Source: Candidatus Bathyarchaeota archaeon (lineage in GTDB: Archaea > Thermoproteota > CALKCG01 > B24). Taken from it: 64,000 nt of DNA. Location of the stretch: the NCBI GenBank assembly GCA_018396755.1, contig JAGTQM010000008.1:6595-70594 (forward strand), given 5' to 3'. A program made the translations under genes and the position numbers. Positions 28,286 through 37,508 of this stretch are shown here, piece after piece (positions within the stretch are counted from its first letter, which is position 1; the number at the start of each line of letters is the position of its first letter). The notes beneath the pieces are model-generated. The model saw nothing but the letters and a program-made list of their open reading frames with translations, did not search any database and had not been told where the DNA came from.

Positions 28286-28630
28286 CTATACGCCTCCAAC
28301 GTGATTCATAACGACGGTAGCCGCTAGAAGCAGTAGAAGTATTAGACAGATTATCTTCAGTAGCCTATTAGACTTCCGAAGCTTAAGAACCTTAGAATCT
28401 AAAAGCTTAATATGCTCTTTTATAGTGTTAAGCTCTCTAGACGTTAAAATAACAGGCTCCGAAGCCACTTGATCTAAAAACGGAGATTCAAGGTAGCGGG
28501 GCAGTTTCTCAACGGCTTCGTCTTTAACATCCTTATAATTCCAGGAAAGCTTAGACTTCTCATACGAGATAGAGACTTTCCTAGATTCCCCATTGAGAAA
28601 ATCCTTGAAGTAATCTCTCGGTTTTTTCAT
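28286..28630 (-). CDS. small tail-anchored membrane protein (114 aa), first gene of the MoxR/vWA operon
   Basis: The N-terminal part is charged and helical, with a single C-terminal TM (IICLILLLLLAATVV). Its stop lies 2 nt before the ATPase start. Confidence 0.5.
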   Translation of the reverse strand: MKKPRDYFKDFLNGESRKVSISYEKSKLSWNYKDVKDEAVEKLPRYLESPFLDQVASEPVILTSRELNTIKEHIKLLDSKVLKLRKSNRLLKIICLILLLLLAATVVMNHVGGV

Positions 28631-28741
28631 TCTAACATTAGATTATTATTGAATCGAAAGTAAAAAGCTTTCCTAAAATATCGACAGCTTCATTTAACTC
28701 TTAAATATGACGGTGGATTATCTTAAAACTGGTGCTTCACT

Positions 28742-30079
28742 GTGAAAGCCACGGAAGAATTGATGAAAGAAGCTGAAATCCTTCTAAAGGATTGGAAGAA
28801 GGGACACTACGTCTTCGGATGCAACGTTTTAAACTTCGTGGGAAAGTTTGCGGGAGAATTCGGTAAAACAGTACTATTAGTTGGAAGTAGCTCCGACTGG
28901 GCTCTTAAACCAATGGAAGATATAGCTAAAAGCCTCAGGGAGAACGGTTTATCCTACGTAAAAGTTTCAGGAGCTAAGCCGAATACTCCGCGTGAAGACG
29001 TTTATAGGATAGCTCTCCAAATAGCTATGCATAAGCCAGACGTCATAGTGGCATTCGGCGGAGGAAGTACACTCGACGCAGTTAAAGCATCCAATATCTT
29101 AGCAACTTTCAAACCTTATGAAGTGGAGAAGCTTCTAAGCGTATCTTGGAGTGAAGCATGCACAATAGACCCGTACTTTGGAACGGGAATCGTAAGTAAG
29201 ATGAAGGATGCTGCAGGTAGAGATTTAACCCCCATGGTGGCTGTTCAAGCGGCTTCAAGCTCAGGTTCACATTTAACAAAATACTCAAACGTAACAGACC
29301 CCGTAGCCGGTCAGAAGAAGCTTATAGTGGATGAAGCTATAACACCTAAACGCGCCGTTTTCGACTACACTGTAACACTTACGACTTCTAAAAATCTGAC
29401 TGTTGATGGAGGGTTAGACGGCTTCTCCCACCTCTGGGAGGTTTTCATGGGTGCTTCTGGGAAACCCTACTTTGAAAAAGCTAAACAACTCGTAGAGGTA
29501 GGTGTTAGACTCATAATTAGAAGTTTGAAGACTTTGAAAACAGACCAATCTAATCTAAACGCCAGAGTTGGACTAGGCCTCGGCACAGACCTCGGGGGAT
29601 ATGCCATCATGATAGGTGGAACGAACGGTCCCCACCTCGGAAGCTTCTCCCTAGTAGACGTTTTAACCCATGGAAGAGCATGCGGCATTCTAAACCTATA
29701 CTATACGCTTTTCTTCTCCCCAGCTATCCAAGAACAGCTTAAAACCTTAGGACTTATCTTGAGAGAAGAAGGATTCATAGTGGAAGATGTTTCGAAACTT
29801 GAAGGTTTAAACCTCGGTATGACCGTTGTCAGAGGATTAACCCGTTTCCTAGAGTCTTTAAAAGCACCCATCTCTCTCGCGGATGCTGGAGCCAGTGAAA
29901 AACACATAGCTAGGATGCTTAACGCAGCTAAGGATCCGGCGCTTAGAATGAAACTGTTAAACATGCCCATTCCTCTAAACCCTGAAAAGGGCGATGTGGA
30001 AAACTACATGAAACCCCTCCTAGAAGCCGCCTTCAAAGGTAGATTAGAAGAAGTTAAAATGGTAGAAGCCTACGTTTAA
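28742..30079 (+). CDS. iron-containing (group III) alcohol dehydrogenase family protein
   Basis: It has the GGGSTLDAVKA motif and typical Fe-ADH length and order. The start is GTG. Confidence 0.8.
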   Translation: MKATEELMKEAEILLKDWKKGHYVFGCNVLNFVGKFAGEFGKTVLLVGSSSDWALKPMEDIAKSLRENGLSYVKVSGAKPNTPREDVYRIALQIAMHKPDVIVAFGGGSTLDAVKASNILATFKPYEVEKLLSVSWSEACTIDPYFGTGIVSKMKDAAGRDLTPMVAVQAASSSGSHLTKYSNVTDPVAGQKKLIVDEAITPKRAVFDYTVTLTTSKNLTVDGGLDGFSHLWEVFMGASGKPYFEKAKQLVEVGVRLIIRSLKTLKTDQSNLNARVGLGLGTDLGGYAIMIGGTNGPHLGSFSLVDVLTHGRACGILNLYYTLFFSPAIQEQLKTLGLILREEGFIVEDVSKLEGLNLGMTVVRGLTRFLESLKAPISLADAGASEKHIARMLNAAKDPALRMKLLNMPIPLNPEKGDVENYMKPLLEAAFKGRLEEVKMVEAYV

Positions 30080-30090
30080 ACTCCATATTT

Positions 30091-31104
30091 TTAAATCATT
30101 TTAACCTTTTCTAAAGACTTTACGTTTAATACATCTAAATTCACCAAGTAGAGCGGTTTCTCCCCTTTCAAGACAGATACTATGTTTAAAGCAGCTATCT
30201 CAGCCATTCTAGACCTAGCTTCTACCGTAGCACTAGCTATGTGGGGTGCTAAAACAACGTTTGAAAGCTTCAGAAGCGGGCTATCCTCCTCGATAGGTTC
30301 TTTTTCGAATACGTCTAAAGCTGCTCCAGCAATCCACCCATCTTTAAGCGCTTTAACAAGTGCACGTGTATCTACGACCGCTCCTCTAGACGTATTTACG
30401 AGGAAAGCCGTCTTCTTCATCAACTTAAGCTCCTCTTCACCTATTAAATGGTAGGTTTCCTTCGTTAGAGGAACGTGAAGTGATACAAAATCAGATTCCC
30501 GTAGAAGCTCTTCAAGAGGCCTATACTCCACATTAAGCCTCTGCTCAACTTCCAAAGGAGGACGTTGAATATCATAGTAGAGTATTCGAATGTTGAATCC
30601 TCTAGCTCTCTCAGCTACTGCCATCCCTATACGTCCCAATCCGACTATTCCGAGAGTCTTACCGTAAACTGAACAACCCATTAAAAGCGTAGGAGACCAT
30701 GCCACTCTCCACCTTCCATCCCTAACGTACCTATCGGCTTCTACAATCCTTCTAACCGCTCCGAGTAGAAGAGCCCAAGTGAAATCTGCAACGGCGTCTG
30801 TCAATACGCCAGGTGTATTCGTCACGTATATGCCTCTCCTAGTAGCTTCTTCAACGTCTATGTGGTCGTAGCCTACACTGTAAGTACTTATTACACGTAG
30901 GTCTGATGCGGCATCCATAACTTCACCATCTACGGAATCTGTAAGCAGACAGAGTAGAGCATGTTTATCTTTTACCCGGTCGGTTAATTCCCTTTTAGAT
31001 GGAGGTTCTTCCCCAAGGTTTACTTCCACTTCACAGCATTCTTTTAGAATTTCTAAAGCTGGTGAAGGTAACGTACGTGTTACGTATACTCTGGGCTTAA
31101 CCAT
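30091..31104 (-). CDS. gyaR: glyoxylate/hydroxypyruvate reductase (D-2-hydroxyacid dehydrogenase family)
   Basis: It is nearly collinear with Pyrococcus glyoxylate reductase as I remember it (GIYVTNTPGVLTDAVADF, GIVGLGRIG, RILYYD, AGAALDVFEKEP, LAPHIASAT). The ATG at 31104 follows a GGAGG. Confidence 0.9.
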   Translation of the reverse strand: MVKPRVYVTRTLPSPALEILKECCEVEVNLGEEPPSKRELTDRVKDKHALLCLLTDSVDGEVMDAASDLRVISTYSVGYDHIDVEEATRRGIYVTNTPGVLTDAVADFTWALLLGAVRRIVEADRYVRDGRWRVAWSPTLLMGCSVYGKTLGIVGLGRIGMAVAERARGFNIRILYYDIQRPPLEVEQRLNVEYRPLEELLRESDFVSLHVPLTKETYHLIGEEELKLMKKTAFLVNTSRGAVVDTRALVKALKDGWIAGAALDVFEKEPIEEDSPLLKLSNVVLAPHIASATVEARSRMAEIAALNIVSVLKGEKPLYLVNLDVLNVKSLEKVKMI

Positions 31105-31158
31105 GGAAAATCCTCCCATAAATGTTGAAAAATAAAAGAGGGTTGCATAGTGGAGGAG

Positions 31159-32661
31159 CTACTTCTTAGATATACGCTCCCAGATAGGCGGTATCCTCCT
31201 CTCAGATTCAGGTCCGAGAATTATCGGCGTTATCCCGGCTATTTCACAGAGATATGTTAATGGACGGACTACGTTTCCAGCAATACCCAGTATGTGGTTA
31301 CATGGAAATACTGACGTGAACTCTTCAAAGCTGCAGTGTAATTTGGCGTGCACATGAGGCCATGTTGGATTTGTCTGCGCGTTTAAGGCTTTACGTTCTT
31401 CAGGTGGAAGTTCAACAGCTTCACCTAAGACGATCACCATATACAGCTTATCATCCCACAAGCCTAATCGTGCAAACGTTATTTCACCTGGAGCTGCGTC
31501 AAACTCTACAGATGCTCCGCCAGCTTTAAAGTAGTATTCTAGAGCTGGGTGGAAAGTCACCTTTTTAAGATTCTCCCTCGGATCCATGCTTCTAGAAGCA
31601 TACCAACTTGCATGGTTTCCAGAGTTGCAGAAGTCCCATATGTCTCTATCTGGGTGGTATAGTCTAACATCCATAAACAATACTGGAAGTCCACCGCTGA
31701 TGTACTTTAAAAGCTGCATAGTGATTGCTGCTAGAGAATCGGCTTCAGTAGCACAGACAGTCGGCTCTTTAAACCCATTCCAATCATATGGATCATTCAT
31801 GAGCATTTCAGCTACATCACCTAGGCAGACGTATTCAGTTAATTCACGCTGCCCCTTCAACCCGCAGAAGTCGAAACCCTTCTCCTCGTTAACCATCCTC
31901 ATAGCTAGGTAGAGGCGGATTTGCGTCTTCAACGTTTCACGCGTAAGCATTTTACCATCATATCTTATACGGTCCCCCAGAAGCTCTTCAAACCACTTCA
32001 ACCCTTTTTCAACCTCCCCCTCGTCAACTTCCTCCATCTTCTTCACTAAAAGCAACTGATCTATTTGACGCGCTGTTACCCCGAGCGTCTTTATTATTGG
32101 AACTAGGTGGAAGTATCCAGTCTCCATCCCCATCGAGTGTCCACCATACATCCCGTAAACTTCATTCTGAATAGCTGTGTATGCTTGTGCTGCACGAACC
32201 CAATCTATGACTTTAGCCCTAGTCTCAGGGTCTTCTATGTCACCTATGATACGGTGCGTCCTAATCCCGGCTTGACGTAAAGCTCCATCTGTAGCTAGAA
32301 GTCCAACGTTCCCAGGGAACTTACCACTGTTATTTGAAAGGCAGAGTACAGGCTTATCCCTACCGACGGTGTTTATGAAAGGCCATACGAGGAATGGGAA
32401 GTTCCATACGTAGAAGCATAAAATCACCTGCTTACAGTTGGCTCTAGCAATCTCCTCGCCTACTTTCTGAGCTGTTCTCACAGATGTTATAAGCTCGGAG
32501 CCCACAACAACCTCCGGCGAAGATCCATCTATGTTTTTCACACCTTCCTTTATAACGTCAGCCCACCTGTGGAGAACCCCCATACACTCTGCGTAGTATT
32601 GATGGTGTACATGCTCCCTCTCATCGACAAGCATTACTATACCTATGGGTGTAGTACGCAT
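31159..32661 (-). CDS. L-fucose/L-arabinose isomerase-family protein
   Basis: The 500-aa size and overall pattern recall COG2407-type sugar isomerases. I matched no single diagnostic motif. Confidence 0.5.
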   Translation of the reverse strand: MRTTPIGIVMLVDEREHVHHQYYAECMGVLHRWADVIKEGVKNIDGSSPEVVVGSELITSVRTAQKVGEEIARANCKQVILCFYVWNFPFLVWPFINTVGRDKPVLCLSNNSGKFPGNVGLLATDGALRQAGIRTHRIIGDIEDPETRAKVIDWVRAAQAYTAIQNEVYGMYGGHSMGMETGYFHLVPIIKTLGVTARQIDQLLLVKKMEEVDEGEVEKGLKWFEELLGDRIRYDGKMLTRETLKTQIRLYLAMRMVNEEKGFDFCGLKGQRELTEYVCLGDVAEMLMNDPYDWNGFKEPTVCATEADSLAAITMQLLKYISGGLPVLFMDVRLYHPDRDIWDFCNSGNHASWYASRSMDPRENLKKVTFHPALEYYFKAGGASVEFDAAPGEITFARLGLWDDKLYMVIVLGEAVELPPEERKALNAQTNPTWPHVHAKLHCSFEEFTSVFPCNHILGIAGNVVRPLTYLCEIAGITPIILGPESERRIPPIWERISKK

Positions 32662-32704
32662 AATACCACATTATTCTAATTTAAAAACAGAGAGCTAAAA
32701 AGCA

Positions 32705-33537
32705 TTATGTTCCTATACGTACTCTTTCAACCGTCTTCTTCAGTGTTGCTAAAGCCGATAGAGAAGCTAAGAAACTCGTCTTAGGGTTTTCCGGGGTAGG
32801 CTTATTCTCAGTTACGCAGCATAGTTTACCAAATTCACCTTCAACAACTACTTCATGTACGTTTCCTGAAACCCGTGGATCTGCTGTTATTTTAACCTTA
32901 ACCTTCTCAGGTCCTATGGAGGCTAAGCTTAAAGTAGCAGCTACGTTTATCGAGGATGGGAATAGCTTGCAGGCTTCTAAAGCAGGCCCCTCGTATAAGA
33001 CTATTGGCTCAGTCAGCTCGTTTAAGTCTAAGCCTTTAGATTTAACGTAAGGATTGTCTACGAATACTTTAGGAGGCTTCCTAGAATTAAGCGTAACAGA
33101 ATGTATTTCAGCCATTCCAGCCGCTTTAACAGTATCTAAACCAGCTATAGCACCTGAAGGTATTAAAATCTCAACTTTCCTACGTGAAGCAGCTTCTTTA
33201 AGCTTCTCATACAGTTCTAAATCTACTAAAGCTCCCACGCTCATAATCATGAGGCTTTTACCAGCCTCGATTATAGATAAGCCGTAATCTCTAACGGCGT
33301 CTTGACTAGCGGCTTCGACGACAATCTCTACATCTGACTTTAAAATCTCCGATATATTCAACGCAACCCTAGGCTTATGCTTTAGAGAATTTACCAGCTT
33401 CCAAGCCTTCTCAACATCTCTATCATATACTATTCTGAGCTCTAAACCATCCAATACACCGCTGTCCAACGCCTTAGCTAAGTAACTTCCTATAGCACCG
33501 CAACCTATTATAGCAACACCCTTAACTACTGAAACAT
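32705..33537 (-). CDS. nadX: L-aspartate dehydrogenase, 5' end anomalous (see finding)
   Basis: Motifs IPSGAIAGLD, RKPPK, LFPSSINVA and ENPKTS match Thermotoga NadX. The Rossmann motif VAIIGCGAIG is encoded in frame upstream of the ORF-track TTG (33469) but has no canonical in-frame start. Confidence 0.8.
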
Positions 33538-33638
33538 TTACCGTATGCCTGCCACCTCTTTTAAACCTTCAGAAAGCCCAATTTAACCTTTTCCACTTAA
33601 ACGTATCTTTAAATCTGAAAACATCCTATTAGACTAAG

Positions 33639-34496
33639 GTGGTTTACCTGAGCATTCATTTGACTATCGAACAGCTTATGAGTTTTCTAGAGGAGGATTT
33701 AGGCTTTGGAGATATTACATCTGATCTTCTAATACCTAGAGGTTTAAAGGCTAAAGGAGTCATCGTAGCAAAGGAAAGGGGTATTGTGGCTGGCGTTGAA
33801 GAAGCTGAAATGCTGTTTAAACACTTCGGTGTTAATGTAAAGATTAACCGTAGAGATGGAAACGTCGTTAACCCTGGAGACGTAATAATAGAGGTTGAAG
33901 GTGAAGCTCGAAGCATACTCATGGTTGAACGTACGGTTTTAAACATAATGATGCGTATGAGTGGAATAGCAACCGAAACTAAGGCTCTCGTAGAGAAGAT
34001 TAGGAAAGCTGGTTTAAACGTTAAAATCGCAGCTACACGTAAAACCGCTCCGGGTTTAAGGGCTCTCGATAAGAAAGCCGTTATAATTGGAGGCGGTGAA
34101 CCACATAGACTTCGATTAGACGATGCGATTCTCATTAAAGACAATCACATAGCGCTTGTAGGCTCTGTGAAAGAAGCGCTTCAAAGAGCCAGAGAGAACG
34201 TAAGCTTCGTAAAAAAGATAGAAGTCGAAGCTAAAACGCTCAGCGAAGCCTTAGAAGCCTCTGAAAGCGGAGCAGACATAGTAATGCTCGACGATATGAA
34301 GCCTGAACAGATTCGAGAAGTCGTCCAGTATTTAAAGAATAAAGGCTTATACGGTAAAGTTTTACTCGAAGCATCTGGCGGTATAAACCCGTCAAACGTA
34401 ATAGAGTATGCATCCACAGGGGTTCACGTAATTTCACTCGGATATTTAACGCATTCAGCTAAAGCACTAGATATGAGTCTAGAAATCACCACGTAG
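33639..34496 (+). CDS. nadC: nicotinate-nucleotide pyrophosphorylase (quinolinate phosphoribosyltransferase)
   Basis: It has LEEDLGFGDITS, ATRKTAPGLR and MLDDM motifs. It is divergent from nadX. Confidence 0.9.
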   Translation: MVYLSIHLTIEQLMSFLEEDLGFGDITSDLLIPRGLKAKGVIVAKERGIVAGVEEAEMLFKHFGVNVKINRRDGNVVNPGDVIIEVEGEARSILMVERTVLNIMMRMSGIATETKALVEKIRKAGLNVKIAATRKTAPGLRALDKKAVIIGGGEPHRLRLDDAILIKDNHIALVGSVKEALQRARENVSFVKKIEVEAKTLSEALEASESGADIVMLDDMKPEQIREVVQYLKNKGLYGKVLLEASGGINPSNVIEYASTGVHVISLGYLTHSAKALDMSLEITT

Positions 34497-34565
34497 TATC
34501 CTTGGTTAACCAACAATTGTACATCAGAAAACAATAAATAAAGGAAATGTTTCTTCAAATTTTGA

Positions 34566-34640
34566 GGGCCCGTAGCTCAGCCAGGTTAGAGCGACAGGCT
34601 CATAACCTGTTGGTCGGGGGTTCGAATCCCTCCGGGCCCA
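34566..34640 (+). tRNA. tRNA with CAT anticodon (elongator Met, or Ile2 if C34 is modified)
   Basis: The 75-nt cloverleaf is GGGCCCG/TA/GCTC-AGCCAGGTTA-GAGC/G/ACAGG-CTCATAA-CCTGT/TGGTC/GGGGG-TTCGAAT-CCCTC/CGGGCCC/A. The G1:C72 pair argues against an initiator. No CCA is encoded. Confidence 0.85.
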
Positions 34641-34721
34641 CGCTCTTCCTTAATCTTAGTTAAAAAATCACTTTAGCAAAAGTCGAGTAATCGATATCCT
34701 TTGAAACCAAGAGGTCTACTT

Positions 34722-35801
34722 CTAAGGTGGCTTTAGAAGATTCCACATCTCCCTTGGAAGCCTAATATCGTACCTTCCGTGTTTTTCAACCTTCAGTTCA
34801 CCATTCTTTATCATTGTGAATAACGGGTTTTCCAGTGTTTTAAGAGGCATACGTACAAGGCTTCTTAAGCGGCTTGACTCGTAGATCGCCATCATTATCT
34901 CCATGTCTATTCTAGATTGGTAGCTACTGCTCCTGTGCATGTTGACTTTACCCTCAACCCAATCTATAAGCTGTGAAAACTCAGTGGTTTTATCTTCTAC
35001 AGGCCTAAGTTTACTCCATCCTTCTGACGATAACACTTTAGCCTCCTCATCCGTAACTATGAGTAATCCTTCTGTACACTCTAATACTACGTAGAACCAC
35101 TCCAATTTATACGTAATGGGTGTATCCATTTCTATCAAGAGCTTCACTCCATCTTTAAAGGAGACTAGGCCTACGCATAGGTCTTCTATGGGTATACCCC
35201 TCTCATACCTATCCGTTTTACGTTCAACCTGCCCTATAACCCATTCAGGCTCAGGATCTCCAAGCCAGAATCTAACGGTGTTAATCATGTGGGAACCGTT
35301 GTTTAAAAGCCCGTCTTCCCTCCTTCCGTGAGCTAGTAGAGGCTTGCCAAGCCTCCCCTTTGAAAGAAACTCTTTAACGGATAAGTGGACTGGGTGGAAT
35401 CTACGCTGATGTCTAATAGCCAATTTAACACCATGCCTATCGCAGACTTCAACCATCATATTGGCTTCACCTAGACTCACAGCCATAGGCTTTTCACATA
35501 AAACACCTTTAACACTGGACTCAGCGGCTTTAACAGTTATCTCAGCGTGGGTTTGAGCCCACGTGCAAATACTTATGAAATCTATACTTTCCCTCTTAAG
35601 CATCTCCACGTAGTCTCCGTAAAACCTCTCTACGCTAAATTTACTGGCTAAAGCCTCCGCCTTAGCCAAGTCTATATCTGCAACTGCAACTATTTCAGCG
35701 GAGCCGGTGTCAAGCCAACCTTGAATGTGACTTGAAGCTATACCGCCGCAACCTATAATTCCAACGGCATACTTAACCATGCTCATCACCAACACTTGCA
35801 T
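34722..35801 (-). CDS. Gfo/Idh/MocA-family oxidoreductase
   Basis: It has the motifs VGIIGCGGIASSH and LCEKPMA. The true start may be the MVKYAVG methionine at 35780. Confidence 0.85.
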   Translation of the reverse strand: MQVLVMSMVKYAVGIIGCGGIASSHIQGWLDTGSAEIVAVADIDLAKAEALASKFSVERFYGDYVEMLKRESIDFISICTWAQTHAEITVKAAESSVKGVLCEKPMAVSLGEANMMVEVCDRHGVKLAIRHQRRFHPVHLSVKEFLSKGRLGKPLLAHGRREDGLLNNGSHMINTVRFWLGDPEPEWVIGQVERKTDRYERGIPIEDLCVGLVSFKDGVKLLIEMDTPITYKLEWFYVVLECTEGLLIVTDEEAKVLSSEGWSKLRPVEDKTTEFSQLIDWVEGKVNMHRSSSYQSRIDMEIMMAIYESSRLRSLVRMPLKTLENPLFTMIKNGELKVEKHGRYDIRLPREMWNLLKPP

Positions 35802-35863
35802 AGCGTAGAATGCCTATAAAAATCTCTCAGTTTCAATTAAATAATCTTGGAAAACGATTAACT

Positions 35864-36661
35864 CTATATGAACCGTTGAAGCAACTGCTCTGCATTCCTA
35901 TGTAGAATATTATGTCGGTCTTCATCGGTTATTCTGGAAAAGATTATACAGCCTATCCCGTAATGCGGATCAAACCAAGGCAGATCCGTGCCAAATAGTA
36001 TCTTTTCAGATCCAGCCTCTCTAACCATCCATTCGATAACGCCGTTCACTGCGTAGGCTGCAGTCAACTCGAGGTAGACGTTTAAATTATCCCGTGCAAC
36101 TTGAATAGCCTTCTCCCACTCTCCATAGCCTGAATGTCCCATCAGAAATACGGCGTTTGGATATCTGACGGCTATTTTCTCAACTAGCTTTGGCGAATCA
36201 TAGGAGCTGTAGCCCCAAGTGTGAAGTAGAACTATCAGCCCATGCTCATCAGCGTATTTCAATGCAGGCTCATACCTTGGACTGGTTACTGGATACCTAT
36301 GGTAGTCTGATAGAAACTTAAATCCTACAAACCCCTCAGCCTTAGAAAACTGCCTTATCTCCTCTTCTATGTCTTCAGGATAGTTTGGATTTATAACCCA
36401 GTAGGCTCTAAACCTATCTGGGTATCTCTTCACAGTGTCAACCATTTTAATGTTCTCCCTACTATCTATTAGAGCTGCGTGGGAACTTGAAACAGCCATC
36501 GTAACACCGCATCTATCCATAGTACGTATCATATCTTCAGGCGAAGGGTTTGGAAAATATATACCTTGATAAGGTCCAAGGTGTGTATGCATATCTATCA
36601 CAGGGCAGGTTTTACTCTTCCCATTCTCCATAAACTCTCTAACGATTTGAGAAGACCTCAT
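35864..36661 (-). CDS. amidohydrolase-2 (PF04909-like) metal-dependent TIM-barrel hydrolase
   Basis: It has the N-terminal HxH (VIDMHTHLG), then LLHTW, MGHSG and GTDLPW. Confidence 0.75.
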   Translation of the reverse strand: MRSSQIVREFMENGKSKTCPVIDMHTHLGPYQGIYFPNPSPEDMIRTMDRCGVTMAVSSSHAALIDSRENIKMVDTVKRYPDRFRAYWVINPNYPEDIEEEIRQFSKAEGFVGFKFLSDYHRYPVTSPRYEPALKYADEHGLIVLLHTWGYSSYDSPKLVEKIAVRYPNAVFLMGHSGYGEWEKAIQVARDNLNVYLELTAAYAVNGVIEWMVREAGSEKILFGTDLPWFDPHYGIGCIIFSRITDEDRHNILHRNAEQLLQRFI

Positions 36662-37428
36662 ATTCTCACCCTTCCAAATATCCGTTTAAGATTACCTGAA
36701 GCTATCTTCTCCCGTTCTCTAGTCGTTACGTCGGCTTGGGTCAACATTAAAATCGGTCCACCGGGATTCCACCATGGATAGCCTGTGCCGAAGAGAAGCC
36801 TTTCAGCACCGTATTTAGCGCAGAAATCACTTATACCACCATCCAATTCATACCTTGAAATATCTAAGTACAGATTCTCATATTTTTCAATTAACGGTCT
36901 GAAAAATCTATCTTGCCCCCAGCTTCCATGTTCTACAACTACAAGCGTAAGATCTGGAGCATTAGACAATATCTGCTCGATTAGATACCAGCCGGATATA
37001 CCTCCGCACGATTCATTTATGGGGATAAATAGTGGAATATTCCTCTCAATCATGAAGTCGTACAGAGACCCCAAAGCAACCCTAGTCATTAGAAACTTAT
37101 GCTCTGAGGGAAAAGCCCTGAAAGCCCTTATATTACCAAGCCTCATCTTCTCTAGTAAATCTTCAAAGGAATCCATTTCCCCTGTCTGAGGCGGAAGTAT
37201 TGCAAATGTTCCGTAAAGCCTCTCAACATCTTTAATTTCATTCAACAGTATTTCATTCCCTACGACTGGTGAATCGTCACGTTGCCTAGAGTGGAAGACT
37301 AAAGCCTCATCAATACCGTAGAAATCCATCTCCTTCAAGAGGTCTTTAGCTGTTTCAGCAAATCTAATCGGTCTAATCATAGGTCTACCGAAACATACAT
37401 TACAATCGAAAAACTTCAATAAGACCAA
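36658..37428 (-). CDS. amidohydrolase-2-like paralog with a degenerate first metal site
   Basis: It matches the downstream gene in length and in its C-terminal GTGYPW motif. The HxH position reads FDCNVCFG. An ATGA overlap joins it to the downstream gene. Confidence 0.6.
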   Translation of the reverse strand: MVLLKFFDCNVCFGRPMIRPIRFAETAKDLLKEMDFYGIDEALVFHSRQRDDSPVVGNEILLNEIKDVERLYGTFAILPPQTGEMDSFEDLLEKMRLGNIRAFRAFPSEHKFLMTRVALGSLYDFMIERNIPLFIPINESCGGISGWYLIEQILSNAPDLTLVVVEHGSWGQDRFFRPLIEKYENLYLDISRYELDGGISDFCAKYGAERLLFGTGYPWWNPGGPILMLTQADVTTREREKIASGNLKRIFGRVRI

Positions 37429-37508
37429 TCCTCCACTTACCTATTATACGCTTTAACGCTTAAGATTTTTCCATTTTTTAAAACTTCGACGGTAGTCTCC
37501 CAGTACGG

